A stretch of 52,222 nt of DNA, the filler included, from Catajapyx aquilonaris (taxonomy: Eukaryota): the NCBI GenBank assembly GCA_000934665.2. It is 2 parts of 2 records of this genome, joined end to end, with 100 filler letters (N's around TTAATTAATTAA, not from the genome) between each part and the next. Parts side by side here need not be neighbours in the genome. Positions count along the whole stretch, not along the records: positions 26,068 to 52,222 come from JYFJ02005279.1; 1 more part is not named here. One strand, written 5' to 3'. The stretch's first letter is position 1. Every line of letters starts with the position of its first letter. A program made the translations under genes and the position numbers. The notes under the pieces were generated by a model that saw nothing but the letters and a program-made list of their open reading frames with translations, made no database searches and was not told where the DNA came from. Of the stretch, positions 34,246 to 49,199 are shown in pieces.

Positions 34246-35462
34246 TTGCGTCAAACATTATTCAAGGTCCGATTGGGACACAATGAGACAATGAGAGATA
34301 TCCCTAGGGTGATATCCTCTTTGCGTTTTACGGGACGTCTATAGTCTGCCATATTGTTTTGCTCTTGTACATTATTTTTTTGGGAGTCAGAGTGAGCTCG
34401 TCCTTTCGAGGTGGACAATCTGGATTTGCATTCCTCGAGTTCAGGCCAATGAAGGACGAAGACCCGCAGCCAAAGCCGACTTTATTTTCGGTGGTGGGAA
34501 AGATGGGGAGGGGGATTTTTATATATAAAAAATTTAATTGAGCATATATCACACACTCCTCTGTCAACTGTCTCTTTGAGTATTTGCTCATGTTTCAACA
34601 ATTTTAAACGGGTTGAAAAGTTCTCTTCCAGGTGATGGTCTCTATGGGATCTATGTCTTTGCTCAAAGTTTGTCTTCGCAAGAAATTTGCACTGGTGGAG
34701 AGAAGTGGGGGAGTGCAAGTGATTTTTTTGCAAAAAAGTGCCTGCCTTATTGTATTTAAATAGTGTCGGATAAACATGCATGTTGCTCATGTCTGGTCTC
34801 TGCTGAAACTGAGTTTGAAACTGTCATTTGTTTTTGCAAGTAAAGTGTTACACCGCATATCATGTTAGGTTTAGAAGCTAATCGAAACTTGAGAATGATT
34901 ACTTGTGTTAATCAATTCACGTGTACGAGTTAATTTAACAATACAAAATATACCGAATGCTTGATTGAATCCCCTCTCAAACGTTCATTTGCAGGACATG
35001 TGCAGCAAAGATCGCAAAAAAATCATTAAATTTTAAATTATTCAACTTGCCCTATCATGCTAAAAACCAAATTTATTGTTGCTGAAACCACCAAAAAATA
35101 ATAGTTTTGAAGGTTTGCCTACTGAGAAGGTGAAGTGCAGTAAGTACTGATTTTGGGATCAGGTTTGGGACATTCTGTATTAGAAAGTACTGCTTAATAT
35201 TAAGTGTAACAAAGGTATAATTATGCAAAAGGCATTTCAGAAGTCCTTTCTATGAATTACACAATTCATAATCAATAGGTATCTAAGTTAATAAAAATGT
35301 GCCAAGGAATCAGAAGCTAAAACATTCCTTTCACATAGAGGTTCATTCATCTCTCATAAGTGGAAAGGGTGTGGAGGATTAATATAAAGAAAAAGTTTCA
35401 TGAACATTATTAATAAAACATAATATATTATGGGCCTACTGAATGTTATTGACACAACCAAT

Positions 35463-35731
35463 GGGTATCAGATCAAAAACAGCCAAGTCCACCAATGGGG
35501 GTGGGTCTGCCACAAAATAATACGTGTAGCATTAGCCTATATTATGTATTTAAAAATTTTAATGCCATAAGGTATTATTTGCACATTCCAGTATGTAGCT
35601 GATCTCCAACACCATAATTATGAACGTAAAAAGGTGTAAGATTGTACCATTGAAAGTTAAGTGATCATCAATTTTGTTGCTCAATTTACGACCAGCTCCA
35701 AGTGGACTTGGCTGTTTTTGTTCTGAGGCCC
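35463..35731. mobile_element. ~270-bp MITE with ~30-bp TIRs
   Basis: GGGTATCAGATCAAAAACAGCCAAGTCCAC...GTGGACTTGGCTGTTTTTGTTCTGAGGCCC; TSD not resolved. Confidence 0.7.
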
Positions 35732-38700
35732 CTCAATTAATACATTTTAATTTCGCCATTAATTTCGACAATGTTATTGATTTCTCTAAGTCTACGGAAT
35801 TACCAGCACACTTCTCGAAGTAATATGACTACTGGAAAATGCACATAGTAAACTCTAGTGTTATACGTTATGTGTTGGGGCTCACCTGATCTTCTTGTAT
35901 ATTTATTAAAAATCTACAACTTCATGATAACACTTTCTCGTGAGGTATGTTTGAAACTGATAGCCATGAACCCATTTACAAGCACACTTTTTCCCATCGT
36001 GACCACGTTCGGCTTTTACTTTAGCTGTCGATTTACATAAAGTAGGCCTACTCAGAACGGCATACCATACTATTCTTACAATATTATGGCAATATTTTAA
36101 AAAGAGTCCATTTTCATTATTTTGAACCGGGACTGTCTCACAATCTATGTGCCGCATTAATTTATGAGGTACCAAATGAGGAGGCATACATTATTTTTAT
36201 AGACTTGCAGACCAACAACAACAGTATGGTAATCACATAAGTGTAGCCAGCCATGAAGAGGGAACCGAACAATTACAAATTGGTGCTAAAACCCACCATA
36301 ATTATCCTCAAACCGGTGTGAAATTGCCCAACTAGAAGATATTAATACCAGAGAGTCGCAAACCCCATTCATCCTTGACCATGAAATTGAACTCAGAGTT
36401 GAAGAATGAGCAATTGAGCATGCTGTCTGAATTAGTTAGCAGCAAGGACGTGTTTCCAAGGCACCCCAGAGAGAGGACTGCCCACAATATGTCTGCATGG
36501 ACGCGACAATACGAAAGCATCTCTTAATTTTTATTGTACAGCAATATACAGTACACTGACAGATTCAATTTGGCTTTGCTTACTTTTCTGTCACAACATA
36601 CGAAAATATTAATACAGTACTTATATTACTCCATTACTCTATCTCCACTATATGTATTCCACATTTACAAGAATTTGGCAGTGAGCTGATTTAGGCCATT
36701 ACAGCTTCTGTTAATGAGGGAGCAGCAGAATTTTCCTATCATTTTGCCTATTCATACGATTCATAATGTAAACATTCAAATGGTAAGATGCTTAAATTTA
36801 TGATGTGAAAATTATTTTATATGACATGAGTGGCACACGTAAACAGTTATTGAAATGTACTTGTACATGTGGAACCTGAACTTTTTGGGGTCACCTAAGC
36901 CATACGTTGTGCCTGAAATACAAAGGATCTCCTTCAAGGATGAACTTTGGAATTTGGTTCTCGCCACAACATGCTCATCTCTGCTTCACATACATATATC
37001 CTTCATGTTCTCTGAGCCCACACACTATTTAGATAATCACAGATGTTTTAAACATGCACAAAGCTATACAGTAGCCCATAATACTATGTTTTTAAAGATT
37101 ATTTCGCGTAATAGGTTCTTTAATGATTTTCCCAAAGATTATGCTGAAAATATTGACGGTGACGTTTTGGTAAAATTATAACTACATAAATTGTGGGGAT
37201 TCCCATAATGCCCATGGCGTGCTCTCATGCTTTTCATGACGTGATCTTCATGGTATGAAGACAATCTAACTGACCTAGGACAATCCTTGTTTTGATTCCC
37301 CGGTTTCCCTTATGCCTACGTGATCCTATCACGTAGCATGCATCTATCCTGCATCATGATGTCCCCAAGGCTGGCTAATTACAGCTAATTTGCGAAGAGC
37401 ATACGTTCCTTGCAGTTAACCATCTCCGTCCACGCAGGGAAAATAATCGGCCCACATCAAAATTTCACCGGGACCCCAAAACCGTATAAAATACTGCCAT
37501 AACCTTTGCACATTTTTTTCTGAAGCGGAAGTGGAATATGTCCCATGTTAAGTGGCCGAATAGCGGTTAACAGGTGCGACGTAGGTTTGTAAAACGATGG
37601 CCATATTACTGTGTCAGTTGCTGCGCCATACAACCAGCTCCTAAAGGAAAAGGTCAACTTGTCTCTGAACAAGTTTGAGAGGCCAGCAAGTGAATCCTGG
37701 ATGTGGGTTTCGCCTGCACATACGAGAGAATGAGCATACCTTCCGACCTGCCCCAACAAGTAGACTAGTGAAGGCCATCAGGAACTTTTACGTAAGGATA
37801 AGTTAGTGTAACGCAGTGTAGCCACGCTAGGCAAATGGCTTAGGCTGTCCCAGTGGTATGATCATGATAACGTAGCCAATGAAAAAAACATTATGTAATT
37901 GAGTTACTTATTCGTACGTGACATACGCTAACTAGTCGTATAGCAGTCTTGTTACTCATGACAATAAAATGCTAGCTGGGGATTATTATTTTGATCATGA
38001 CTGTGTTTCTTTTACTTGTATAATGAAGGGCCAAAAATGTAAAGGGTAAACAAGTATTTTAAATTGAAATAGGTCTATTCTAATTAATAACCTGAATGAA
38101 GTGTACGAAAAATTTTTTATTATTATATATGTCATGTTACAGAACTCATTAGTAGTAAGTAAAAAATCATATATACCCTACGATGGGTAATTAGTCATAA
38201 TCAAATCACCATGCGTGCGGAAAGATTTTAGATGTCTTCCGATATCCTATTCGTACCTGTACGTGTTTGTGCAAAGCTTGGAAACAACACAACATACTCA
38301 TAGCGCTATAAAACTATTTGCAACCTTTTCCAGCCTATTGACGAAGCTCAGGAGGCCTTCACGTTTTCTATGATAAACACACCTTTTCATTGAACTTCAT
38401 TTTACATACAGTGGCAAAATAATGTGGTCGTATGAAGGTGTCATGCTAGTACACAATAATGAATCTCTTCAGACCTACGAGTATATTTTATTTGGGGAGG
38501 ACTATAGAAAGATTGGAGCCAAATTTATGAGCGATTTGTTGTCGTCATTTTTCACATTGCTGCTGATCCTTTAATCAAATCACAAAGCTACAAACAATGT
38601 AGCAAATCTTCATCCCCTAGTCACTGTATACAAATAATTAATCGTACATAATAATAAATAAATAAATCAGCCCAAACTTTGGGTATTCCCATCTAGCCAC

Positions 38701-41700
38701 GTGTTTCCATAATTACACGGCCTGTAATGTTCATATAAAAAATTTGAAAGATAATCATTGAATAAAGAGTGTTTTATTATAGCAAGTAGTGTGAAGTGAT
38801 TCTTGATTAACACTGTATTTATACAGAGTAGTAAAAGTTATTTGCGAATTGAAGCCCATGTCTGTTTGGCTGCTCGGCAAAGGTGTAATTGTATAATTTG
38901 CATTTTTTCGGGCTCCTATATTGATCCTGTCTACACGCGAGAATTCGAGGATTTATTTTGTCGTGAACTAGTTCAAATCAGACAAACTGATAGGGCCGAT
39001 GCTCCTGTTTCTTAAAAACTGCAGGCTAATTTAAATTTGCCTTGTAAATTGCAACCTATTCTACATTTTAAAGCTCCGACCTTCGAGTCAGTATAATGCC
39101 ATTTGTATGCAGTATCAAGCAGACTGTGAGGATGTAAAACCTGATTGCCATCTCAGACTGTAATGGAGTCGTGGCATAACCTTCGAGACGATCATAATGT
39201 TGTGGATTTTCCCGAAATAAAGAATGGACTGTCACGTTAAATCTCTTTTGAAAACCGGATGTCTTATATAGGAATACGAGAGCGCAGACTCACCATTATC
39301 CCACAAAAGTTTGGTCCTAATGGACGATTAACTTTTTAAGGGGAAAATTCAAACTTTTGTTCAGAACTTTAGTGAAAATTACTCATATGATTTAATAAAA
39401 CTACTTATAACATAAGTATTTTTGGAACATTTAAGTGTAAGAAGTCATTGTATTATAAAACAAGTTTTGGTCTTCTCAACATAATATGCTGAAAAGGCAC
39501 AACGAATTTTTTATTCGTGCCAAATGGGAGTGTATGAAGAGAGAAAATTAAATTAATAATTGGAGCTACTGTCCCATAAATAATCAAGGAAAAAAACATT
39601 CACTGCAGTACATACAAAGTACATATTTATGTAACTATTTTTTTCCTGTTACACTATAGTGTGCAACGTATTACGTGATCAGTAATGCAAATTCGAAAAA
39701 TAAAGTAACTACTGCATAACGTCTCATTTTGTGCCCTAATCATGCACAAAGTATGAGCAATATTCTGAGCAACTTATCTTAAAAGCGCTTCGCTGAGCAC
39801 ACCACGAGTCTAGTAAATGATGCAGCAACCGTCGCACAAGAAAAGAGCAGGTCTGAACCAGTTTCAGACGGGACTTCCCAGAAATCTAATGACAGACACA
39901 GAAAAAAAGACGAAACTGGCTACTCTGCTCAGCACACTAGCAATATAACAGAGGGTTATGACTTATGAAGGCCAGCATTACTGCGAAAGTAAAACCTCCA
40001 TGATGTTGGTACTAATCTTACGCTGATACATTTTATTCGCCTTGATAAATTGACAAAGAAAATTGCTTTGAGCCTATTTTAATTACGTTTAAAGCTTCAG
40101 TATTACACCATATGGTGATAACATGATTCAAAATGAGAGCAACGCCTAAACACAATAGGAGTTATTAACTTTGAAATTTTGGTTAAGAATTTTATTGAAC
40201 ATGTTCAGTAATACGAGTGAACTTTTGCCAGCAAAAATGGCAAACCTGAACAAAAGCTCAAAATGCGTGTGTACTACTGCCCATGTCAAACATATAGTAC
40301 TTACCCAAAATTAATTGTATTGATTGAAATAGCTCCTGATATCATCAACTGGTCATTATTGCACAATATTCTGATTATAGGAACCATTTTGATTTCAATG
40401 TAACGTACTGTACATATTGCCAATCCCGCTCATTTTTTACATATAATTATTCAAAGTGTTATTATTAGTGTAAAATGTATTTCATGTGCCCAAAATAGCC
40501 ATAAATTATAAATGCCAAATATGAAAATAACTTTCAATAACATTATGAGGATCCTGGTTTGTAAAACGCAATTTATATAAAAAAATTAGACGACTTACGT
40601 TAGATCAAAATCACCGCAAATTCAAGGTTACAAAAGTCAAAAGAAACATTAGTCCAAGGTCGGAGCAATGACATTGAAATCACAAAGATTACAATCATTT
40701 GGCCTGCACGATTATGAAGGCATTTTTTTGAAACTTTACACATTCCTCCACACCAGGCATTTTCAGCGATTATCAATAATTATGCTGTACAGTACCTAAG
40801 AACGGGGCTAATGGCAAGAAAATGTTTTCGGCTTTTCATGCAGCGCGGACATGGTGCTTTTTACTTTTAAAACAAAACAATGGTATTTGTTTCGAACTAA
40901 AGGTTTCAACGCCCAGTAGCACGAGCGTAGCAAGTGTTGTAACATGATATTCAAAAAAGTGAAGGCTGCGCCCCCATGTCAAACAGCTGATGACAAGTCT
41001 TTGTGTATAGATATCTCCTTTGACTTCTTCCATTTTTCTATGAAGGAAAAGATCTCAGAGGAAGGCCGAATGATGAAAGGAGGAAGGAGAATCATTGGCA
41101 GCATCTCAGAGATTTGAGGTGCGTTTGTTGTAACATAATGTCGTTTCCCAGGCGCCATACTCACGCGTTATGAAAGTCACACATTTACGTGCACGTATAA
41201 CGTAACCTTCACCTTGAATCGCATGAAAAAATTGCAGGGGTCAGATTTAGTGACCTGATCCTATAGAGTTAAATACGTCAGAACAATTTTGTAAGTGTGT
41301 ATAATTATACCTGGTAATATACAACGTGCTGTACTACTGTAGTATCATTGCGCATTGCCCTTGGATCAGGTTGAGACATCAGGTAGGAAAGTACTCCCTT
41401 GCATAAAAACACTTACAGTGCCAAAGTAAAATTTTATAAAAGCTTACAATGTAGGCTATGCTTCAGGTAATGGCACCTACATGCAAACCCATCTTCACAC
41501 GTCAGTGATTGAGTGAATTTGATGAATCACTGCAGGTCCAAGTGGGTTAAGAGTTCGATCTTGCAGAGCAAGACACGACATTAGGAGATTGTCAACGGCT
41601 ACGACTGCGAAGCGTGACTTTCTTGGATGGTAATTTATTCATTTCCTTTCGTGGAGGGTTTTAAAGTTTCGTGTTGAAACAATTAGACATCGCGTAATAT

Positions 41701-44700
41701 TTATTTTGTTTTATCACACTTGTTTTTATGCAAGTTAAACGTATTGCACGTTATGCCCACTTCCGTTCGTCTCCTTGCAATATTCTAATATAGTCACCAG
41801 AATCATCTGTAAGGTAATATTTGTCTCAAAATATAGCAGCAATGTCCGAGAGGAAGTGCGGGCACATTATGCAACACCCTCTATTATTTTCTGAGTCGTG
41901 TCGAACCTTTACTCGGATACTGTTACAGTCACTATTCAGCACACTATTTTCTGTCACAATGGTAGTCGTGACTTCCTTGAGTATCTTTATAAACTAAAAA
42001 GTCACGTAGCTTTCAGATGGATTCGTTCCACTGAAATGAACAGGAATAATAATAACAATTGATTGAATTAAGCTTCAGTACTTACCATATAGTCTACGAT
42101 TGTGCAAACACGGATGCACAATAACTCCAAACATTGAATGTGAGTCATATTTTGACCTTTACGTAATAATTCCGTCAATTTATTTTAATCAGGTTTAAAT
42201 ACCTTGATGAGCCCCAATTAGAAGGTGACTCACTGAAAAGTGATACTTGGATTCACACTCAAATGATAGCTTGCACAGTGACTTTTACTTAGAAATTCTA
42301 ATAATTGATTTTAATCAGCTATAATAATCTCCGAAGCAGCACTGATGGGATCAGTAGGATTCGCACTCAAATGCTTGCTTGCGTAACATCATACCCTAAA
42401 TGCACTTTACTACACACCCTGCCGTGTCACACTGTAAAAGACAGACCGGAATATATTTTATGCAATAAAAGTCTGTCCATTCATTCAGGTTAGCGTGCAT
42501 TCTCATCTTATGCTTTCTCCGAATCCTTGAATCAACTACTTTGATTATACCTTCAGCATTTAACAATCCCCACTCATGCTGACTGTTGTATTCAACGGCC
42601 TTAACATTGTCCTACTGTCCCCCTATGAAAGCCCATACAGTCGTTAAGGAATCTCGTTTTTCAGGAAAGTCCACATGTGACCGTGCACGTGAATAGGGTG
42701 TCCATTTGGGCAAGGGTTAACAACCTATTCCAAAACTCCACATTTTTGCATCTCACAAGTCAGTGTAAGTCAAAGAGCTAGCCTTGGGAGATACCCATGG
42801 ATAATGATGGAAAAACACGATTTAATTACATATTCAGGGATTAATCATCTCAATTCACCCATTTTTCTACGTCTACTCCTACATTTAGTCATCATATGCA
42901 AAAACAACAGAATCTAACGATAGTATTTCCCCCGGAGTGTGTGCGCGATCTCGTGTCGTAACAGCATGAAGGGCGAGGTACTTAAACGGGTGGGGGAATG
43001 AAGAGAGTCTGTCAGTGTGGAAGGGCTCGCCTTGAGGCTGGACAGTAGTCTCCGAGAAGTCGACCTACACAGGCGCCCTCCTCTGCCGCTCTCTCACTCA
43101 GACAGAGGTCAACCCTGGGTCACCCAACATCTTGTCTGCCACGGAGGACCGTTCCCGTAAGACACTTGCGTGCATGTAATATTGGGCCAGATCAAGTGCG
43201 TGCAGACTAATTACAATGGGTGTATATTTAGGCACGCTTGGAGGTGTCATTTGCATAATTGGGATCATGAAAGGGGAAGGTGCAATGGCACTTGTGATTG
43301 ACAACTTGCTGAAAGGGAATTGTTGCAATTGCTGTTATTGCGTGAACAAAAACTAATACGGGTACATGCGCACATGTTTGTAATTAAACTTCACCGCGTG
43401 GATTTAATGGAGGTGGCACGTTCCAATGCGGCCTATTTGTGAATTAATATTTTATTGCTCGAACGTTACTATGGTTATGACAAAGTGATAATAATAATTC
43501 CACTTCAGTGATTTAACTCACAATGAAACTGTTATGCGCAATATATTATGCCTTATATAATTTGCAAAAAGTTGTAATACCTAAAAAATGCTAAAAATGT
43601 TTGCAGTGTTGTGGGATACTGCAATGCACATCCTCATCAATTAATTACAGTTCACTCAATATTCTATGTTTATCACAATGACTGTATGCAACGTGCGTAA
43701 TCAATTACACTTACTTTGATATCAATGTATTCGTCACATTCGTAGATGTGTGTGACTATCTTTTAAGTTTTACTTCTCACAGTCCTTAGGTGACTTTAAC
43801 GTGCGAGGCCACAACGAGCCTGTTCTATCACTGAGGGAAAGTCTACACTTTTTATGGGATTTCCTGGAGGCTGTCGGAAGGTCACTGAAATGCGCACAAA
43901 GTGCACTTGTTTTATATATGACACAATTGAAAAAAAATCCCACTTACTTACTATACGTAGGAATCACTACGTATCACTCAATGGATAGTTGGCAGACAAT
44001 TTTTAGCGTTTGTTTTTGCATATAGGGTAATTAGGTGATCTGTTTTGCCTTTTCAGAGACCGTTATATCCAGTATACCGGTATCCTCGCTATCCTACATT
44101 TTTCCCTTTGTTTATATCATATTTGAAGTAACTTCATTTTGTAGCGGTAAATTCGTATTTGTAACTGTCGTAATGTTTCGGTATATGTTATTTCTTACGA
44201 GCAAAATGAACAAATCATTGGCGTTGCCCTTGATGTTAATCGAAGGCAACAAATCACCAAAAGGCTTTGTCCTTGTTAGAAATCAGGAAGAAGCTTTTAA
44301 AAATGTCGCACTAGAAAAACACATCACGTAATATCATGAAACGCATAGAAATATAAAATACCAAAGAACGTCACGAATAACAAAAATCTTTGAATTTCAC
44401 ATCACGAATTTATTAGCTCCATACTCTTGCATGTTGATAATCGGTGGAAAAATAGTGTGTATTTTGCGGTTCCAAGAAAAATGCAAATTTTCATTTTTGC
44501 GAAACGTACATTACAAAAGATTAAAAGGTGTCCCGTTGCTTACCTGTCATTTTCATGTTCATCATGCACCAGCGCAAGATACGGCCACAAAATTGTGCCT
44601 CGCGTCACTTTCATGTCACTTTCATTTCCTCCGGACAGGCAACAGAAGGAGGAGTTGCTCACTCTCTTCAACCATATGCGAAACATTGTCCCGCACTTCC

Positions 44701-47700
44701 TTCGGCCGCAAAATTGTTTCGCAATAAGATCGGAATGGCTTGCATGATTCGCACCAAAAAAAGACCAAAACCTATTGCAGAGGTATACATGTCATATATG
44801 TTTCGTACACTGTCAACCTTGATGACCACCGTCGGAGAAGTGGAACAAGGCGGAACACACGAAGACCTTGCCGGGATGTGACCTATCTTCCTACAATCCA
44901 GCGCGATTTGGAGGGCAAAATTCGCAACATGCCCATAAGCTTTGATATCTCTCCCACACTTTGCCCCAAATTTTTGAAAGAGAAAGAAGGTGCTGATCTT
45001 GACCAGAGAAAAACTCCATCACTTTAGGGATACACCTGTTTTGGGTGTTGTAACATTGAATTTCCAAGGTGTGACCCTGACGATGAAACCGGCCATATCG
45101 AATGGGGAAAAGAAAAACAAGTTGTGAGGAATTTCGGAGAGAAAAACAGGTCGGCGAGGAAGTAGTTCAGACATTTCCACATAGGAGGCAAGAAAATACT
45201 TTCACTTGTCATCTGTGATTGCGATTTTAGATAAGAAATTTATCGGCACAATTTTCTTCCAGTTTCAAGGCCAATTCGACCATAGAACTCCTGGTGTTAT
45301 GTCATGCCTCTTTAACACCATGCGAGTAAACTACAAACTGGTTTTGACGCACACAATATCCATGATGAGGGAAAAAACAATGTTCTTACATAAAAGTTAC
45401 ATATATTAGTCTATACAAAAGCGTCATAATAATGCAAAGAGGTGATAGTGCATGCTCATCTTAATCGTTCAACTATGTAAATTAATAGGCCTACGTACCG
45501 TGAATTTTTAGCTACAATTAAAATATGCATACTCTCAAGGATAAGACATTTTATCAAAAAAACTAAACATCTGGATATCACGAATCTGCAATGTATCACT
45601 ATCTCATGGTACGAAAAAAAAAAAATCAGAACTACTTTCACCTCATAAAATGAAGCTTTATGTAAGACTGAATGGAGTACAAGTTCTCACCCAGTGCACT
45701 TATGCAATGTGTCAATGTGAAGGGCACATCGGAATATTCGGAACGATCCTTGACCCGTCCTTGGGCAAAAACACACAGAATTTTAGATCCATTAAGGCGC
45801 CATATAATTTAGGGTTTATGACAAGACTCATCTGCAGTCTTTGTAATATAATTTCACCGCCTTAAGCCCCAAGGTTTGGGAAGCCTTGAAGGGCCAATGA
45901 CTACCAGGCAATGCCTCCGGTATAATAGCACCATCATGGGCAACAGTAATCTTTCTCATAAAACGTCTTATGCACCAGGAGAACAATGCCATTGCAATAA
46001 TTCACTGACTCACTTTCAAGCGACATATGACACGAAAAATTTGAATAAGCAACCTTCCAGCCGAACATGTTATATCGTAGTGTGTCACTGTACACAAACC
46101 CCAGGGGAAATAAGCCTACCCCAATTAGCCATGTGTACGTAAGCCTTCTCTTACTAGCGTCATTCTACGGTTAGATATAGTAAAAAACCGTCCTCGCACA
46201 GCTCGGCAGTGTTGTGTTTCGAAACAAGTGGCACACATCTTATAGGTGAAACTTGTTTAGTGGCTTCCATCCAGCAGCACATAATACACGGTGGTGCAGA
46301 ATGAGACACACGTATCCGGTAATTAATTCGCCTTTATCTTCTTGCCAGCAGACGCGGCCTTTATCATCACTCATTCACACAATTTTTTCGGTTGGTTATT
46401 TGGTAAGTTGTCCTTCCCTATTGCAATAATTAGCAGAATATTATCGTTTGGAGTGGTCACCTTTATCTCTCGGGACATATTATTTGCGAGAAAAATTATT
46501 CATTGCGAATAAGTAGAATTGCATGGCTGATAACATCTTAATTTCTCACGACATTCTTCCTGCTATGACTACTTTTGCAAGCTTCCAATTTACTATTAAT
46601 TATTCTGGAGAGAAATTAGGATTTTCCAGATTTCAAACTACAGACATAGTAAACAAACAACTTGATGAGCTCACCCACTAATAAGTGCGTTACGTAAACG
46701 ACTATAAAACCACACTCAGTTTAACAAGGGTGACATTGCGACTCCGGATTGTAATTATTTCTGATGTGCGCTTTCATGAAGCAAACGCGTCAAAATCTGT
46801 GAAGCGTAACGTAATTTAGTGAAGATTTTCGCATATTATTATATCCTATTATCTCCCTTCTCCATCTCAGGCAGTGTCCCTGAGCAAAGTCACAGGTTTA
46901 TTAGCACCTCGGTGCGCATCAGTTCAATTTAGTTGTCCGAGTTAAGATGTGACTAAGCACCCCCCCCCCCCNATCACTGGATGAAGTTGGCAGCATTGAG
47001 CAACACACGTTTCTTTGGGAGGCCCAATGGCCAAGGCCCCTTCTGCACGTGTACGGCCCGTTACACACGTGATTCTTCCTCACCTGATACACTCTTTTTT
47101 TACAATGTTTAATGCCCTGCCATTGATTTCTCCACAACTTGCTGCTGCTTGGTGCCAAGGTAAAAATCATCTCTACTTCATCCTTGACCTCCTTAGAAGG
47201 ACGGCCGGAATCAGGAAGAGTTTCACCTTCGAAAAACGAAGCTCACACCCGCCTTACATATGCGGAGAAACATTTTTGGGGCTCATTTTCACAATCTCAG
47301 GGACCCCACTTTTGACCATAAGTCGGTCAGTCAGACCTTGAACTTGTTATGAAAATCAGCGTAAAGAAATAAACACTTCCAGCTTAATGCAATTAATATA
47401 CGATATTAATTTGTTTGAGTGATAAGGCAGTGACCTGCGACTATACGATGCGACTCAAAATGTCGTATGTGGAGACCTTGATGTGCACTTGCGTCACGGG
47501 ACATTCTAGGGAGGCTGAAAATTATTGCAGGTAATTCCCCAACAGTGGTCAGCAATGCCGGGTATTAGGAATTTCCATCCTGAAACCTGATGCTCAGAGA
47601 CGAGAATGAGAACGTTGCGTAACACTTCCATTACTCTGCAGTAAATGGCTACAGACGACTGTTATGATTGCTTTTGTTGATACGTAGTGTATGGGAAGGG

Positions 47701-48191
47701 CGTGCATTGCGGCGGGGATAAACGCTAAGCATTAATATAATCAATTGTGCGATTGAGCTGCTGATAATGCACACTATTACTTACGTAATTTATTCGGCAA
47801 TTTCTTTTGAATTTTCTAACTCATTCATACGAAATGATGCTGCTTTTATCACCCTGCAGCGACGGACTTCCTCTTACGTAACTTCATATATTAAGATTCA
47901 ATTCATGATTCTCACGCATTTGTTACTAAACACTTTACATAAACATTATAAAGGCACACACTACATTTGTGGGTTGGCTGGTAAAAATCAAGACAGAAAT
48001 GTACTAATTGCTATGTGCATACTCCACACTTATTTTATTCTCTCAAGAAAGACTGCATTTGCAATCGCGTGTCGAGACGAATTAAATGCTACAGGACACA
48101 AAGAATGAACGTTCCTCAAATTATGTCCTCACCCCCCCCCCCCTATCCTGTAATAATCGCAACCACCAAGCGTACCTGACGTATTTTTTTC

Positions 48192-48306
48192 TATATAAAA
48201 CCTTCCAAAGCTGCAAAAAATTATCATATTCCTATGAGCCTCTTCAGAGTGCTTGCATTTGCCCAGACTTAACAACAAGAAATAACTTATCATGGTGAAA
48301 GTAAGT
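48192..48306 (+). promoter_or_regulatory. Candidate TATA promoter and non-coding first exon of gene C
   Basis: TATATAAA at 48192, Inr-like TCATAT about 32 nt downstream, donor AAA|GTAAGT at 48300/48301; matching acceptor TTTCAG ending 49178. Confidence 0.45.
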
Positions 48307-49199
48307 CTGATTATGAATTCACCACGCTGCGTACAAGAAAAAAAAAATCGAAACGAATTCAAAAATAAAAAGCCAGCTTTTTCGTCCCCATTTGTGCGTG
48401 TATACAACCCTCGGCCTTTCCCCCCCGCCAACATTAGGAAAATTGCTAGCGAAAACATGATTTAAAGACTCATAGACAACAAAGACCGTGCCGCAACATT
48501 AGGTAAAAAGGACAGGAGAAACGAGAAAGCAAATGAGCCAAAAAAATATATAGGCTATATTGTAAGGTGTCGCCATGACAGGGCTTAAGTTCGAGTTCAA
48601 TAGCGATCAAATCCCAATCAGATCTGCCGATTCATTTGGACTGAGAGCCTAATTTTTAAGCGAATCAGAGAAAAACTATTCTAAAGTGCAAGAGTGTCCT
48701 CGATCCACATTCTTGCGGTCAGGAGGAGATGTTACGGAGGCGACCCTTCCGGACAACCAGGGGGTGTCTTACTTTGGTCCAGTCCTCTTCTCCTAAAATT
48801 CCAAACTAGTTTTTCCTAACGTTACACGTGACCTTCTGAATGGTCGTGAGGTGCTTAAAGAACGTACATGAGAAAAGAAATTGCGTCTCCTTATTCTTCT
48901 GCTTGTTTCAAAAGATGTGATCTGAACCGTTATGCATTCTTTGGTGCGCGTTGCATTTCCTAGGGCAGAGAGAGAGTGCGGGTGTGGTATTAAACCGGGT
49001 CATCAAGAGATGTGACCTATGTCAAGTACTTTAACCCGGGACAATGTGGAGTTTGTATGCTGAGTTGACCTGATTAGATTTACAAAGCGGATATGCTGTT
49101 ATGGATATTGACCTGACACCTTTATTTGCAATAAAGGCTTGACTTATAATGTATTATGTTTGATATTTTTAATTTCAGTGTCCAACGTCCCATTAGGAT

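Noticed and set aside
42330..42425. tRNA-like A/B-box traces on the minus strand
   Set aside because: They cannot be folded into a cloverleaf; at most a very decayed SINE head.
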